A stretch of 64,000 bases of DNA from Candidatus Spongiisociaceae bacterium (lineage in GTDB: Bacteria; Actinomycetota; Acidimicrobiia; Spongiisociales; Spongiisociaceae), in the NCBI GenBank assembly GCA_965219685.1, contig CBDCOH010000002.1:928001-992000 (forward strand), given 5' to 3'. Numbering within the stretch: position 1 is the stretch's first letter; the number at the start of each line of letters is the position of its first letter. Shown piece after piece: positions 1-10,466 of the stretch. The position numbers were made by a program, and so were the translations under genes. The notes beneath the pieces are model-generated. The model ran no database searches, was not told the origin of the DNA, and saw only the letters and a list, made by a program, of their open reading frames with translations.

Positions 1-821
1 CGCGTGTACACCTGTGTTGTTGAGACACTAGCGTGGCCCAGGATTTCTTGGACGGTGCGGAGGTCCGCTCCCCCCTCGACCATGTGGGTGGCGGCCGAGT
101 GGCGCAGCACGTGCGGTGATATACGGGTCTGCGGTATGCCCACCGCCAGGGCGTGCTTGCGGACGATGCCGAAGACCCCTTGGCGGGTCAACCGTCCCCC
201 CCTGGCGTTCAGGAACACCGCCCCCGGGTCCTCCCTCGCGCCGCACAGTTCGAGGCGGACGGGCAGGTATGCCCCGATCGCTTCCACCGCGGGCCGGCCC
301 AGCAGGACCAGGCGCTGCTTGTTCCCCTTGCCGGTAACCATGGCGCTGTGGGTGTCCAGGTCCAGTGCCACCAGATCGAGCCCCACCAGTTCGCTGACAC
401 GGACCGCGGTCCCGTACATGGTCTCCAGCATGGCGCGGTCCCGGATGCCCAGGTTCGTATCCGCAGGAGGCGCCTCCACGAGGCGGATCGTCTCGTGCAC
501 CTCCAGCGCCTTGGGGAAACTCATCGGAGTGCGCGGGGTCTCGGTGAACCGGGTCGGGTCCTCGTCCGTCTCGCCCTCGGCCACCAGGAACCGGTGGAAA
601 CCCCTGACCGCGGCCAGCTTGCGGGCGATGGTCGCCGGACGCATCCCCTGTTCGTACAGCGAGGCCAGGAATCCGTCCACCAACTCCGGCGTGGCCGCCT
701 CCTCCTCCAGATACTCCAGGTAGCCGGCCAGGTCACGCCGGTAGGCCGAGATCGTGTTGACAGCCAGCCCCCGCTCGACCGCCAACGCCGTCAGGTAACC
801 GTCGACTCGGTCGATCAGCAC
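1..821 (-). CDS. xerD: Tyrosine recombinase XerD (3' end runs off the window edge)
   Basis: Not in the ORF track. Manual minus-strand translation from GTG 821 gives [31 protein letters not shown]... and ...[41 protein letters not shown] (HxxR, LGH and catalytic Tyr). Position downstream of pyrG is typical. Confidence 0.93.
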   Translation of the reverse strand, partial: [273 protein letters not shown]

Positions 822-939
822 GTTGGTCGTGTCCTCTGCTGCATTGCTCCGTGCTCGGGAGACCTCGGTCTACGGCTCAATGCTACGAGCCATAGGCTGC
901 TTGTGTCTGTCGATTGACGGTGCCGGTTGAAACGAGGAC

Positions 940-1953
940 TCAGTGGCGACGCACCCTCCGGGCGGGCGCGGGGCCTGTGTCCAAGTAGTCACTTCGGACG
1001 GAGGGGTGGCGGCTTCCCGGTGGCGCGGTCGCACGGGGAGGCTCCACGAAGATGTTCTCGTGGTGCCAGTTCACATAGTTGATATCGGGTGGGTGGTAAG
1101 CGGCTTGCGGCCTCCGCATCAGTCTGCCCGCCAATGAGATAACCGGCATCCGCGTTGTCCCATCGCTTACGATCATGTGCTGGCTGACTTGTATCCGCAG
1201 ATCCTCGTCGAGGCCCATCGCTCCCCGGTCGAACAGTCGATGATGCAGGACACAGAGGGCGATTCCGTTGTCCGGATCGTCGGGCCCGTTGAAAGAACGC
1301 ATCTTCACGTGGGCTGCGTCGATAGCCACTGCGGCACCTCTGAGACTTCCATCAAACCCGCAGAATGCACAAGAGTTCTCGTATGCAAGAAGAACCGTCC
1401 CTCTGAAGCCGGGGGCTCTCTTGGGTGGGACCGGCACCACGACATTTGCGAGTCCAACCTCTTCGAGTACCTCGCTATGTAGCGTTTCGGGAAACGCGGT
1501 CAGTAGCTCATTGACCACTTGAGAACGCAGGTTCGCGTCCTCAAGAGCCTTCTCGAAGGTGGGGGCGAACCGGCCGGACACTCGTCGCCTGCGTAGGAGC
1601 GAGACCTTCAGCTTCTCATCTTGTCTCATCTTGGTGACGTCTTCACCAGACGCCGTTTCCACTCTCCACAGTTCCCGGTCGCTACCTAGGTAAACGAAAG
1701 GATGCTGAGGCTTGGGATCGGAGCTTGCGAACCGGTGCTTGTCCAACAGTGCCCTGAGCGGCTCCTCCGCATCGCGAAAGCTGATCCGCGTCGGTAGACC
1801 ATTGGCCTTGCGGCCGATCACCCAGAGAAGCAACAGTGGCTTGTAGGGGGCACGCCTGTCCTCGGTTCCGTATCGACCGATTGACCCGACCCTGGCCACC
1901 CAGTCCTGAATGTCTGCCGCTCCCGACACGCGACCGGCGACCTCTTTACCCAA
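940..1953 (-). CDS. HNH endonuclease with N-terminal SBD-like domain (putative phosphorothioate/modification-dependent restriction nuclease)
   Basis: N-terminal RAPYKPLLLLW and PQHPFVYL...W motifs. C-terminal CAFCG...DAAHVK...GPDDPDNGIALCVLHHRLFDRG (HNH_2 type). Visibly more AT-rich than the flanks. Confidence 0.8.
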   Translation of the reverse strand: MGKEVAGRVSGAADIQDWVARVGSIGRYGTEDRRAPYKPLLLLWVIGRKANGLPTRISFRDAEEPLRALLDKHRFASSDPKPQHPFVYLGSDRELWRVETASGEDVTKMRQDEKLKVSLLRRRRVSGRFAPTFEKALEDANLRSQVVNELLTAFPETLHSEVLEEVGLANVVVPVPPKRAPGFRGTVLLAYENSCAFCGFDGSLRGAAVAIDAAHVKMRSFNGPDDPDNGIALCVLHHRLFDRGAMGLDEDLRIQVSQHMIVSDGTTRMPVISLAGRLMRRPQAAYHPPDINYVNWHHENIFVEPPRATAPPGSRHPSVRSDYLDTGPAPARRVRRH

Positions 1954-2100
1954 CCTGGTTCCTCAAGAAAGAAAACGATCAGGCCCGACCCTACCAGTAC
2001 GACCGTATCGTCCTTACTTCGGCTCCGATCCACCGCAAAAACGTGTGTTGGTAGCGTCACGGCGCCGTCGGCGCCGTGCATCACGAAGCGGCGGCGGTGC

Positions 2101-2898
2101 TCACCGTCCCTGCCGGCGAGGTGGTCTCGGGATGAAGGCGCTGGTCCTCCGGGCGTATGCAGCGTAGCCCGGACGTCTCTCGCCGATGGTGCGTTCCAGC
2201 AGCGCCACGCCCGAGACCCGCAGCAGGAGGACGGTCATGACCAGCGGTCCGGCAACCGTCCACTCGGCGCCGGCCGTCAGGGCCGGGAGATAGATCCCCC
2301 ACCAGACCAGGCAGTTGCCGAAGTAGTTGGGGTGGCGGCTGTAGCACCAAAGACCCCGGTCCATCACCCGGGCGCGGTTGTCCCGGTCGGCGAGGAATCG
2401 GCGCAGTTGGCCGTCCGAGATGGCCTCGAAGGCGAAGCCGGTTCCCCACACGACCATCCCGGCCCAGTCGATCCAACCGAGCGGGTGCCCACCCACATCG
2501 GTCAGTACTGCTTGTACGGGCAGCGACACGACCGTTACCAGTGCGCCCTGCAGCAGGAACACGATCACCAGGCTCCACCACGCGAACGGCCGCCAGCGCC
2601 GCCGCATCGCCACGTACCGGTAGTCCTCCGGCGCTCCCCACTTGCGCACCGCCAGATGAGCCGCGAGCCGGATCCCCCAGACGGAGACCATCGTGAGCAT
2701 CAGGACGGATCGTCCGGCAGAGCGATCGCCCTCCCCCCAGATCCACATCGCCCACGCCGCGGCGACGAACACCACCGGCCAGATCGGGTCGACGATGGAA
2801 ACGTCCCGCTTGCGGAGGCTCACCAGCCAGGTGGAACCCATCAGCGCCGCAGCCACCATGCCCGTAATGACCGTCCCGTTGAACATGGTGGCCCTCAT
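2101..2898 (-). CDS. DUF1295 family membrane protein (steroid 5-alpha-reductase-like)
   Basis: SIVDPIW, EDYRY, FEAISDGQL and GLWCYSRHPNYFG motifs; multiple TM segments. Confidence 0.9.
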   Translation of the reverse strand: MRATMFNGTVITGMVAAALMGSTWLVSLRKRDVSIVDPIWPVVFVAAAWAMWIWGEGDRSAGRSVLMLTMVSVWGIRLAAHLAVRKWGAPEDYRYVAMRRRWRPFAWWSLVIVFLLQGALVTVVSLPVQAVLTDVGGHPLGWIDWAGMVVWGTGFAFEAISDGQLRRFLADRDNRARVMDRGLWCYSRHPNYFGNCLVWWGIYLPALTAGAEWTVAGPLVMTVLLLRVSGVALLERTIGERRPGYAAYARRTSAFIPRPPRRQGR

Positions 2899-3136
2899 GG
2901 GTCGGCGATCCTACCCATCGTCACCCGATGCAGGGTGATGCGTCGTCGACAAGGGCAACCTTAGAGCCAGCGTCTCTGCTCACCGGCCCCCTCCGCGAGG
3001 TCCGCGATCCATTGCGCTGGGAGCGTAAGCGTCAAGAGCATCCGCAGTACTCTCTTCTATGTCGCGGGGGTCACCGCCCTATTGGGTCCGGCCAACTGGC
3101 TGTTGGCTGTCCCAACGAGCCGTGACCCCGGCTTGC

Positions 3137-3166
3137 AGTATACACAAAGCTTAAAGTTACAGTCAA
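3137..3166 (-). promoter_or_regulatory. Near-consensus sigma70-type promoter TTGACT-N18-TATACT
   Basis: Reverse complement of AGTCAA (3161-3166) and AGTATA (3137-3142) in an AT-rich patch; predicted TSS about 3130. Confidence 0.6.
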
Positions 3167-3295
3167 AGGTTGAGGTTCGACTTCCGACCTGCCGCCGACG
3201 CCGGTGTCTTCCTGAGTGTTCCCCGGCCGATAGTCGTCCGGCCGCCACCCGCATAGGCCTGCAGCCCGATAACGTTGCAACCCATCGTGGGACAG

Positions 3296-4702
3296 ATGGC
3301 TTCTAGGGCGTTGGCCTGGTTCAGGCGTGACCTGCGCCTTGATGACAACCCGGCCTGGGCCGCGGCGACCAGGTACGACCAGGCCGTGGCGCTGGTGGTG
3401 ATCGAGCCGGCGCTCCTAGCCGCGGCCGGCCCTTTCCGCAGGCAGGCCTACCTGTCGGCGGTGGCCGGGCTGGACCGATCGCTGCGATCCCTGGGCGGGC
3501 GTCTGAGGGTGGAGGCCGGTGACCCGGCCGAGGCCGTTCCCCGGGTTGCGGCCGATGTTGGAGCGGACACCGTGACCCTCAACTCCGATGTGACCCGGTG
3601 GTCCGCGCGTCGGGACCGGCGGGTGGCCGGCCGGCTAGCACGTCCACCCCGTTGCTTCTGGGGGACGCTGGTGCATCCGCCCGGTAGCGTGCTCACCGCG
3701 AAGGGCACCCTCTCCCGGGTCTTCACCCCCTTCCACCGTCGATGGGTGCAGATGCCGTTGCGGGAGCGAGCTCGGCCCGACCCGGTGGAGATCCTGAGCG
3801 TTCCGGAGGGTTCCAGGCTCGACGACATGCACGGCATGTTCGACAGCCCGCCGCCTCCGCCCTGGGGTGAGGAGCAGGCCCTGGAGCGGTTGGAGACCTG
3901 GTTGGGCCAGGTGGACCGTTACAACGAAGACCGTGACTACCCCGACCGGGAGGGGACCTCCGGCCTGTCCGCCGCACTCCGTTTCGGTCTCCTCTCCCCC
4001 TCCATCCTCGTTGGCGCGGTCGGCAGCCACACGCCGGGCCGGGCCGCCTATGTCCGCCAGGTGGCATGGCGCGACTGGTACGCGCATCTGACCGCTGAGA
4101 ATCCCGACATCGACCGGGCGGCGCTGCGTCCCGAATACGAGCGGATCTCCTGGACCTCCGGTCCCCGCGCCGACGCCGCCTTCGAGGCCTGGCGGACCGG
4201 CCGGACCGGCTATCCGATCGTCGACGCCGCCATGCGGGAGTTGGCCGCCACCGGGCGCATGCACAACCGGCTCCGCATGATCGCTGCGTCCTTCCTCGTC
4301 AAGGACCTGCTCATCGACTGGCGGAGGGGTGAGCGATGGTTCCGCCACCTGCTCGCCGACGGGGACATCCCCCAGAACGCCGGGAACTGGCAGTGGGTGG
4401 CGGGCACCGGGCCCGACGCCGTTCCCTACTTCCGGATTTTCAACCCGGTCACCCAGAGCCGCCGGTTCGATCCCCGGGGTGACTACCTACGCCGCTGGTT
4501 GCCGGAACTGGCCGGGCTCGACAGCAAGGCCATCCACGCACCCTGGCTGGCCGGGCCTCTCGAACTGGCAGCGGCCGGAGTGACGTTGGGGGTCAGCTAC
4601 CCGGAGCCGTTGGTCGATCACGCGGAGGCCCGCCGGCGCACCCTGGCCGCCTACCGGACGGCGCTGAGCGAATCCCGGACTCCGGCGGAGGACATGCCGT
4701 GA
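3296..4702 (+). CDS. phrB: Deoxyribodipyrimidine (CPD class I) photolyase
   Basis: WFRRDLRLDDNPA, GTSGLSAALRFG, TGYPIVDAAMREL, MHNRLRM and NAGNWQWVAGTG motifs. Start placed at ATG 3296. Confidence 0.92.
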   Translation: MASRALAWFRRDLRLDDNPAWAAATRYDQAVALVVIEPALLAAAGPFRRQAYLSAVAGLDRSLRSLGGRLRVEAGDPAEAVPRVAADVGADTVTLNSDVTRWSARRDRRVAGRLARPPRCFWGTLVHPPGSVLTAKGTLSRVFTPFHRRWVQMPLRERARPDPVEILSVPEGSRLDDMHGMFDSPPPPPWGEEQALERLETWLGQVDRYNEDRDYPDREGTSGLSAALRFGLLSPSILVGAVGSHTPGRAAYVRQVAWRDWYAHLTAENPDIDRAALRPEYERISWTSGPRADAAFEAWRTGRTGYPIVDAAMRELAATGRMHNRLRMIAASFLVKDLLIDWRRGERWFRHLLADGDIPQNAGNWQWVAGTGPDAVPYFRIFNPVTQSRRFDPRGDYLRRWLPELAGLDSKAIHAPWLAGPLELAAAGVTLGVSYPEPLVDHAEARRRTLAAYRTALSESRTPAEDMP

Positions 4703-4767
4703 GAGATGGCCGCCCGGCTGTCAGAAGCCGATCATGCCACCCGTACGGGAATCGGGGCGGATCCCCG

Positions 4768-7428
<2,661 letters not shown>

Positions 7429-8223
7429 TCACCGGCCCGGACCTTCCCTGGACTGCGGCTGCGGGAGTCCGGAGGTCCGGGCGCCGGTGATGAAAGCCAC
7501 CAGGTCGTTGTGGGTGACCTCGCTGACGTCGACCTCGGCGGTCTTGCGGCCCCGGCGTAGCACGACGGCGGTGTCGCACACTGCCGTGACCCGGTCCATG
7601 TTGTGGGTGATTAGCAGCACCGCCACGTCCGACTCCCGAAGCCCTCTGATGAGGTCCAGGACCCGTCGGGCCTGCTCGACGCCGAGCGCGGCGGCCGGCT
7701 CGTCCAGTAGAACGATCCGCTGGCCCCAGGCGACCGCCCGCCCGATGGCGATGGCCTGCCGCTGACCCCCGGAGAGCTGGCCGACCGGGCGCCGGAGCGA
7801 CGGGATGGTTATGTCGAGGCGGGCCAGGGTTCGCCGGCACTCGTCGTGCATGCGCTTCTTGTTCAGAAGCCCCATCCGCGACCCGAGCCACCCGCCCCGC
7901 GTGTACTCCCGGTTCAGGAACAGGTTCTCCGCCACGTTGAGCGTGTCGATGAGCGACAGGTTCTGGTGGACGGATTCGACGCCCAGGGAGCGGGCCACGT
8001 CCGGAGACGGGATCCGGTGTTCCGCGCCGTCGATGCTTATCGTTCCCGAGTCCGGCTGGTAGATGCCGGCGATGCACTTGACGAGGGTCGACTTCCCGGC
8101 TCCGTTGTCGCCCAGCAGCGCCGTCACCCGCCCCCGGTGGAGCTCGAGCGAGACCCGGTCGAGAGCCTGGACCGCCCGGAACGCCTTGGACAGGTTCCGG
8201 ACCTCCAGCGCGGGAGGGGTCAT
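7429..8223 (-). CDS. Sugar ABC transporter ATP-binding protein (single NBD)
   Basis: Walker A GDNGAGKST, signature LSGGQRQ, Walker B LLDEP. ATG 8223 overlaps the upstream stop (ATGA). Confidence 0.92.
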   Translation of the reverse strand: MTPPALEVRNLSKAFRAVQALDRVSLELHRGRVTALLGDNGAGKSTLVKCIAGIYQPDSGTISIDGAEHRIPSPDVARSLGVESVHQNLSLIDTLNVAENLFLNREYTRGGWLGSRMGLLNKKRMHDECRRTLARLDITIPSLRRPVGQLSGGQRQAIAIGRAVAWGQRIVLLDEPAAALGVEQARRVLDLIRGLRESDVAVLLITHNMDRVTAVCDTAVVLRRGRKTAEVDVSEVTHNDLVAFITGARTSGLPQPQSREGPGR

Positions 8224-9425
8224 CCTTCCCTCTCCGGCATCGGGTCGCCCAGGGTGTTCCAGATCCCGGCCACCGCCGGGCGGGCGGATCCGGCACCGGT
8301 CACGCCCACCACCAAGGCGCGGGTCACGAAGGCCTGAACCCGGAAGCCGCAGATCACCGTGTCGCCCTCCTCGACGGTGCGGGAGGCAGGTGGGTGGAGC
8401 CTCGCGTAGTAGTCGATGCCGGCCGGGTCGGGCATGTCGAGCGGCACCGGTTCGGTGCCCGCATCCTCGGGTGCGGTCGCCACCAGCGCCCTCGTGTCGT
8501 AGGGATCGAAGACCGGATCGACGTAGAAACCCCCGCCGAAGCAGAGCGGGACGCCCTGGTGCAGGTGGGCTATCTCCGTTAGGTACAGGGCGGCGGGCTG
8601 CTCGGGAAGCTCCTCGACCGCGTGCAGCGGGGTGGAACCTGTGAGGCCGTGGCCGGGCTCCACCTGGGTGGCGCCGATGTCCGCCAGCAGGTCGAGGACC
8701 CCGGTGGAGGTCGTGCCGGGTGCGTTCACCTCGATGCGGGTGCCGTCTCCGATCATGGCGGCTGCCACCTCGACTCCCCTGGCGAGGGTTCCGACGTTGG
8801 CGGTGGGGGCAACCTTCCCGGATTCCTTGTCGTAGAGCAGGGCCGGGAATGTGGTGAGGCCGGCGAAGCGCATCCCCTCGAGTCCGTTGACGAAGTCGAT
8901 GGCGGCGGCCAGCTCGTCGATGTGGAACCCCCCTTCGTGGCCGGGGTAGAAGATGTCGCCGTCGTTCCATATCCTGAGCAGGACGTTCTGGGTGCGCCCC
9001 AGCTTCGCAACCGCCCGCGAGGCCTCCGAAGCCTTGTTACGGGAGAAGATGGTCCAGTAGTCGGGCGCCAGGCCGGCGGCTTCCCGGGTCTCCGCCCTCG
9101 CGATCTGGACGAGGTGCCCGAGGTTGCCCAGCCGGTGCCCGCCGGCCACGATCGGGCGGGCGCAGGCCATGTCGACGGCCACGTACCCGTCGGCGCCCCC
9201 GCGGGTGATCGCCTCCAGCGCACCGGCGGCACGGCCCAGTTGCTTGCTCATCGCGTACACGGTGAGACCCCGGCGATGGGCCTCCGCGGAGAAGTGGCGC
9301 GTGTTGGACTCGATCGCGTCGAGGTCCAGCACATAGCTGTTGGGAGGGATGCTCCCCTCCTGGTGGAGGCTGATGGCGGCCTCCACGAAGGGCCGGTTGC
9401 GCGTCAGCAGCTTCTTCAGGAACAT
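8220..9425 (-). CDS. yhfX: YhfX-family PLP-dependent enzyme (alanine racemase fold)
   Basis: N-terminus MFLKKLLTRNRPFVEAAISLHQEGSIPPNSYVLDLD..YAMSKQLGR, plus FYPGHEGGF and QVEPGHGLTGSTPLH, match my recollection of E. coli YhfX. Confidence 0.82.
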   Translation of the reverse strand: MFLKKLLTRNRPFVEAAISLHQEGSIPPNSYVLDLDAIESNTRHFSAEAHRRGLTVYAMSKQLGRAAGALEAITRGGADGYVAVDMACARPIVAGGHRLGNLGHLVQIARAETREAAGLAPDYWTIFSRNKASEASRAVAKLGRTQNVLLRIWNDGDIFYPGHEGGFHIDELAAAIDFVNGLEGMRFAGLTTFPALLYDKESGKVAPTANVGTLARGVEVAAAMIGDGTRIEVNAPGTTSTGVLDLLADIGATQVEPGHGLTGSTPLHAVEELPEQPAALYLTEIAHLHQGVPLCFGGGFYVDPVFDPYDTRALVATAPEDAGTEPVPLDMPDPAGIDYYARLHPPASRTVEEGDTVICGFRVQAFVTRALVVGVTGAGSARPAVAGIWNTLGDPMPEREG

Positions 9426-9431
9426 GGTCGC

Positions 9432-10430
9432 TCAACTTTCGCTCGGTGCTCGCATGCTGAGGGCCACCGCGAGAATGATGATCACCCCGCGGGCGATCAG
9501 CTGGTCCGCCACCTCCAGGCCCATCAGGATCAGCCCGTTGTTGAGCATCGCCATGATGACCGCTCCGGTCACCGCCCCTGCGATCGAGGCGCGCCCTCCG
9601 AACAGGCTGGTGCCGCCGATGACGACCGCCGCGATCACGGTCAGCAGATCGTTCTCGCCGAGGTCGTGGCGGCCGATGGCCAGCCTGCCGGCCAGCAACA
9701 CCCCGGCGAAGGCGGCGCCGGTGGCGCTCGCCACCAGCGCGCTCACGCGGATGCGGTCCGTGTTGAGACCCGACGCCTTGGCCGACTCCCGGTCGGATCC
9801 CGTGGCGAGCACGTGGCGTCCCCACCGCAGGTGGTGGAGGGCGAAGTGGCCCAGCGCGAACACGATGATCGTCCAGACGACCAGGGACGAGACCGGGCCG
9901 AGCGAACCGGCTCCGAAGAGAGCCGAGAAGGTGTCGTCCCGGATCGGCATCGACTGGAGGTTGTTCATGTTCCTGGCAACCCCGCTGATGATGCCCAGCG
10001 TTCCCAGGGTGACCAGGAAGGAGGGGATCCGGATCTTGACGGTGATGAGACCGTTGAACAGGCCCACCACCACTCCGGTGGCCACCGCGGCGAGGGCGCC
10101 GGCCAGGAACCCGTGATCCCCTACCACCGCCGCGGCCACAAGGGACGAGAGCGCAACGGTGGACCCGACGGACAGGTCGATCTCCGCCGACGCCAGGGCG
10201 AAGGCCATCCCCACCGCCATCACCGCTATGGGCGCAGCCTGGCGGCCGATATTCAACAGGTTGGAGCCGCTGAGGAAACCGTCGTCCCACAGGACCAGGG
10301 CGAAGACGGCGAGGATCGATACGAAGGCGAGATACACGACGTACTGCCGAAACCCGCCGTCGTCGCCCTGGCGCGTCCGTAGCCGTATCGAGTTGGTCAC
10401 GGCTCGTAGCGGTTTAGGGACCGCCTTCAC
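9432..10430 (-). CDS. Sugar ABC transporter permease (RbsC type)
   Basis: EIDLSVGS, IPSFLVTLG and IAAVVIGGTSLFGG motifs. Confidence 0.93.
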   Translation of the reverse strand: MKAVPKPLRAVTNSIRLRTRQGDDGGFRQYVVYLAFVSILAVFALVLWDDGFLSGSNLLNIGRQAAPIAVMAVGMAFALASAEIDLSVGSTVALSSLVAAAVVGDHGFLAGALAAVATGVVVGLFNGLITVKIRIPSFLVTLGTLGIISGVARNMNNLQSMPIRDDTFSALFGAGSLGPVSSLVVWTIIVFALGHFALHHLRWGRHVLATGSDRESAKASGLNTDRIRVSALVASATGAAFAGVLLAGRLAIGRHDLGENDLLTVIAAVVIGGTSLFGGRASIAGAVTGAVIMAMLNNGLILMGLEVADQLIARGVIIILAVALSMRAPSES

Positions 10431-10466
10431 TTCCGTCAGTTCCTCGGGACACTCGGGACCCTCAGC

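Noticed and set aside
1-821. Tyrosine recombinase as a prophage or ICE integrase
   Set aside because: Sequence and pyrG-linked position fit housekeeping XerD; no phage or conjugation genes or att repeats were seen.
4-917. Plus-strand ORFs of 239 and 254 aa, and many other long antisense ORFs (e.g. 8622-10382, 24842-26548, 34087-35613, 56643-58337)
   Set aside because: Antisense shadows of well-supported genes in GC-rich DNA, with no recognisable motifs.
7429-8970. 513-aa ABC ATPase fusion
   Set aside because: The N-terminal part is an alternative frame of yhfX; the real start is ATG 8223 at the ATGA overlap.
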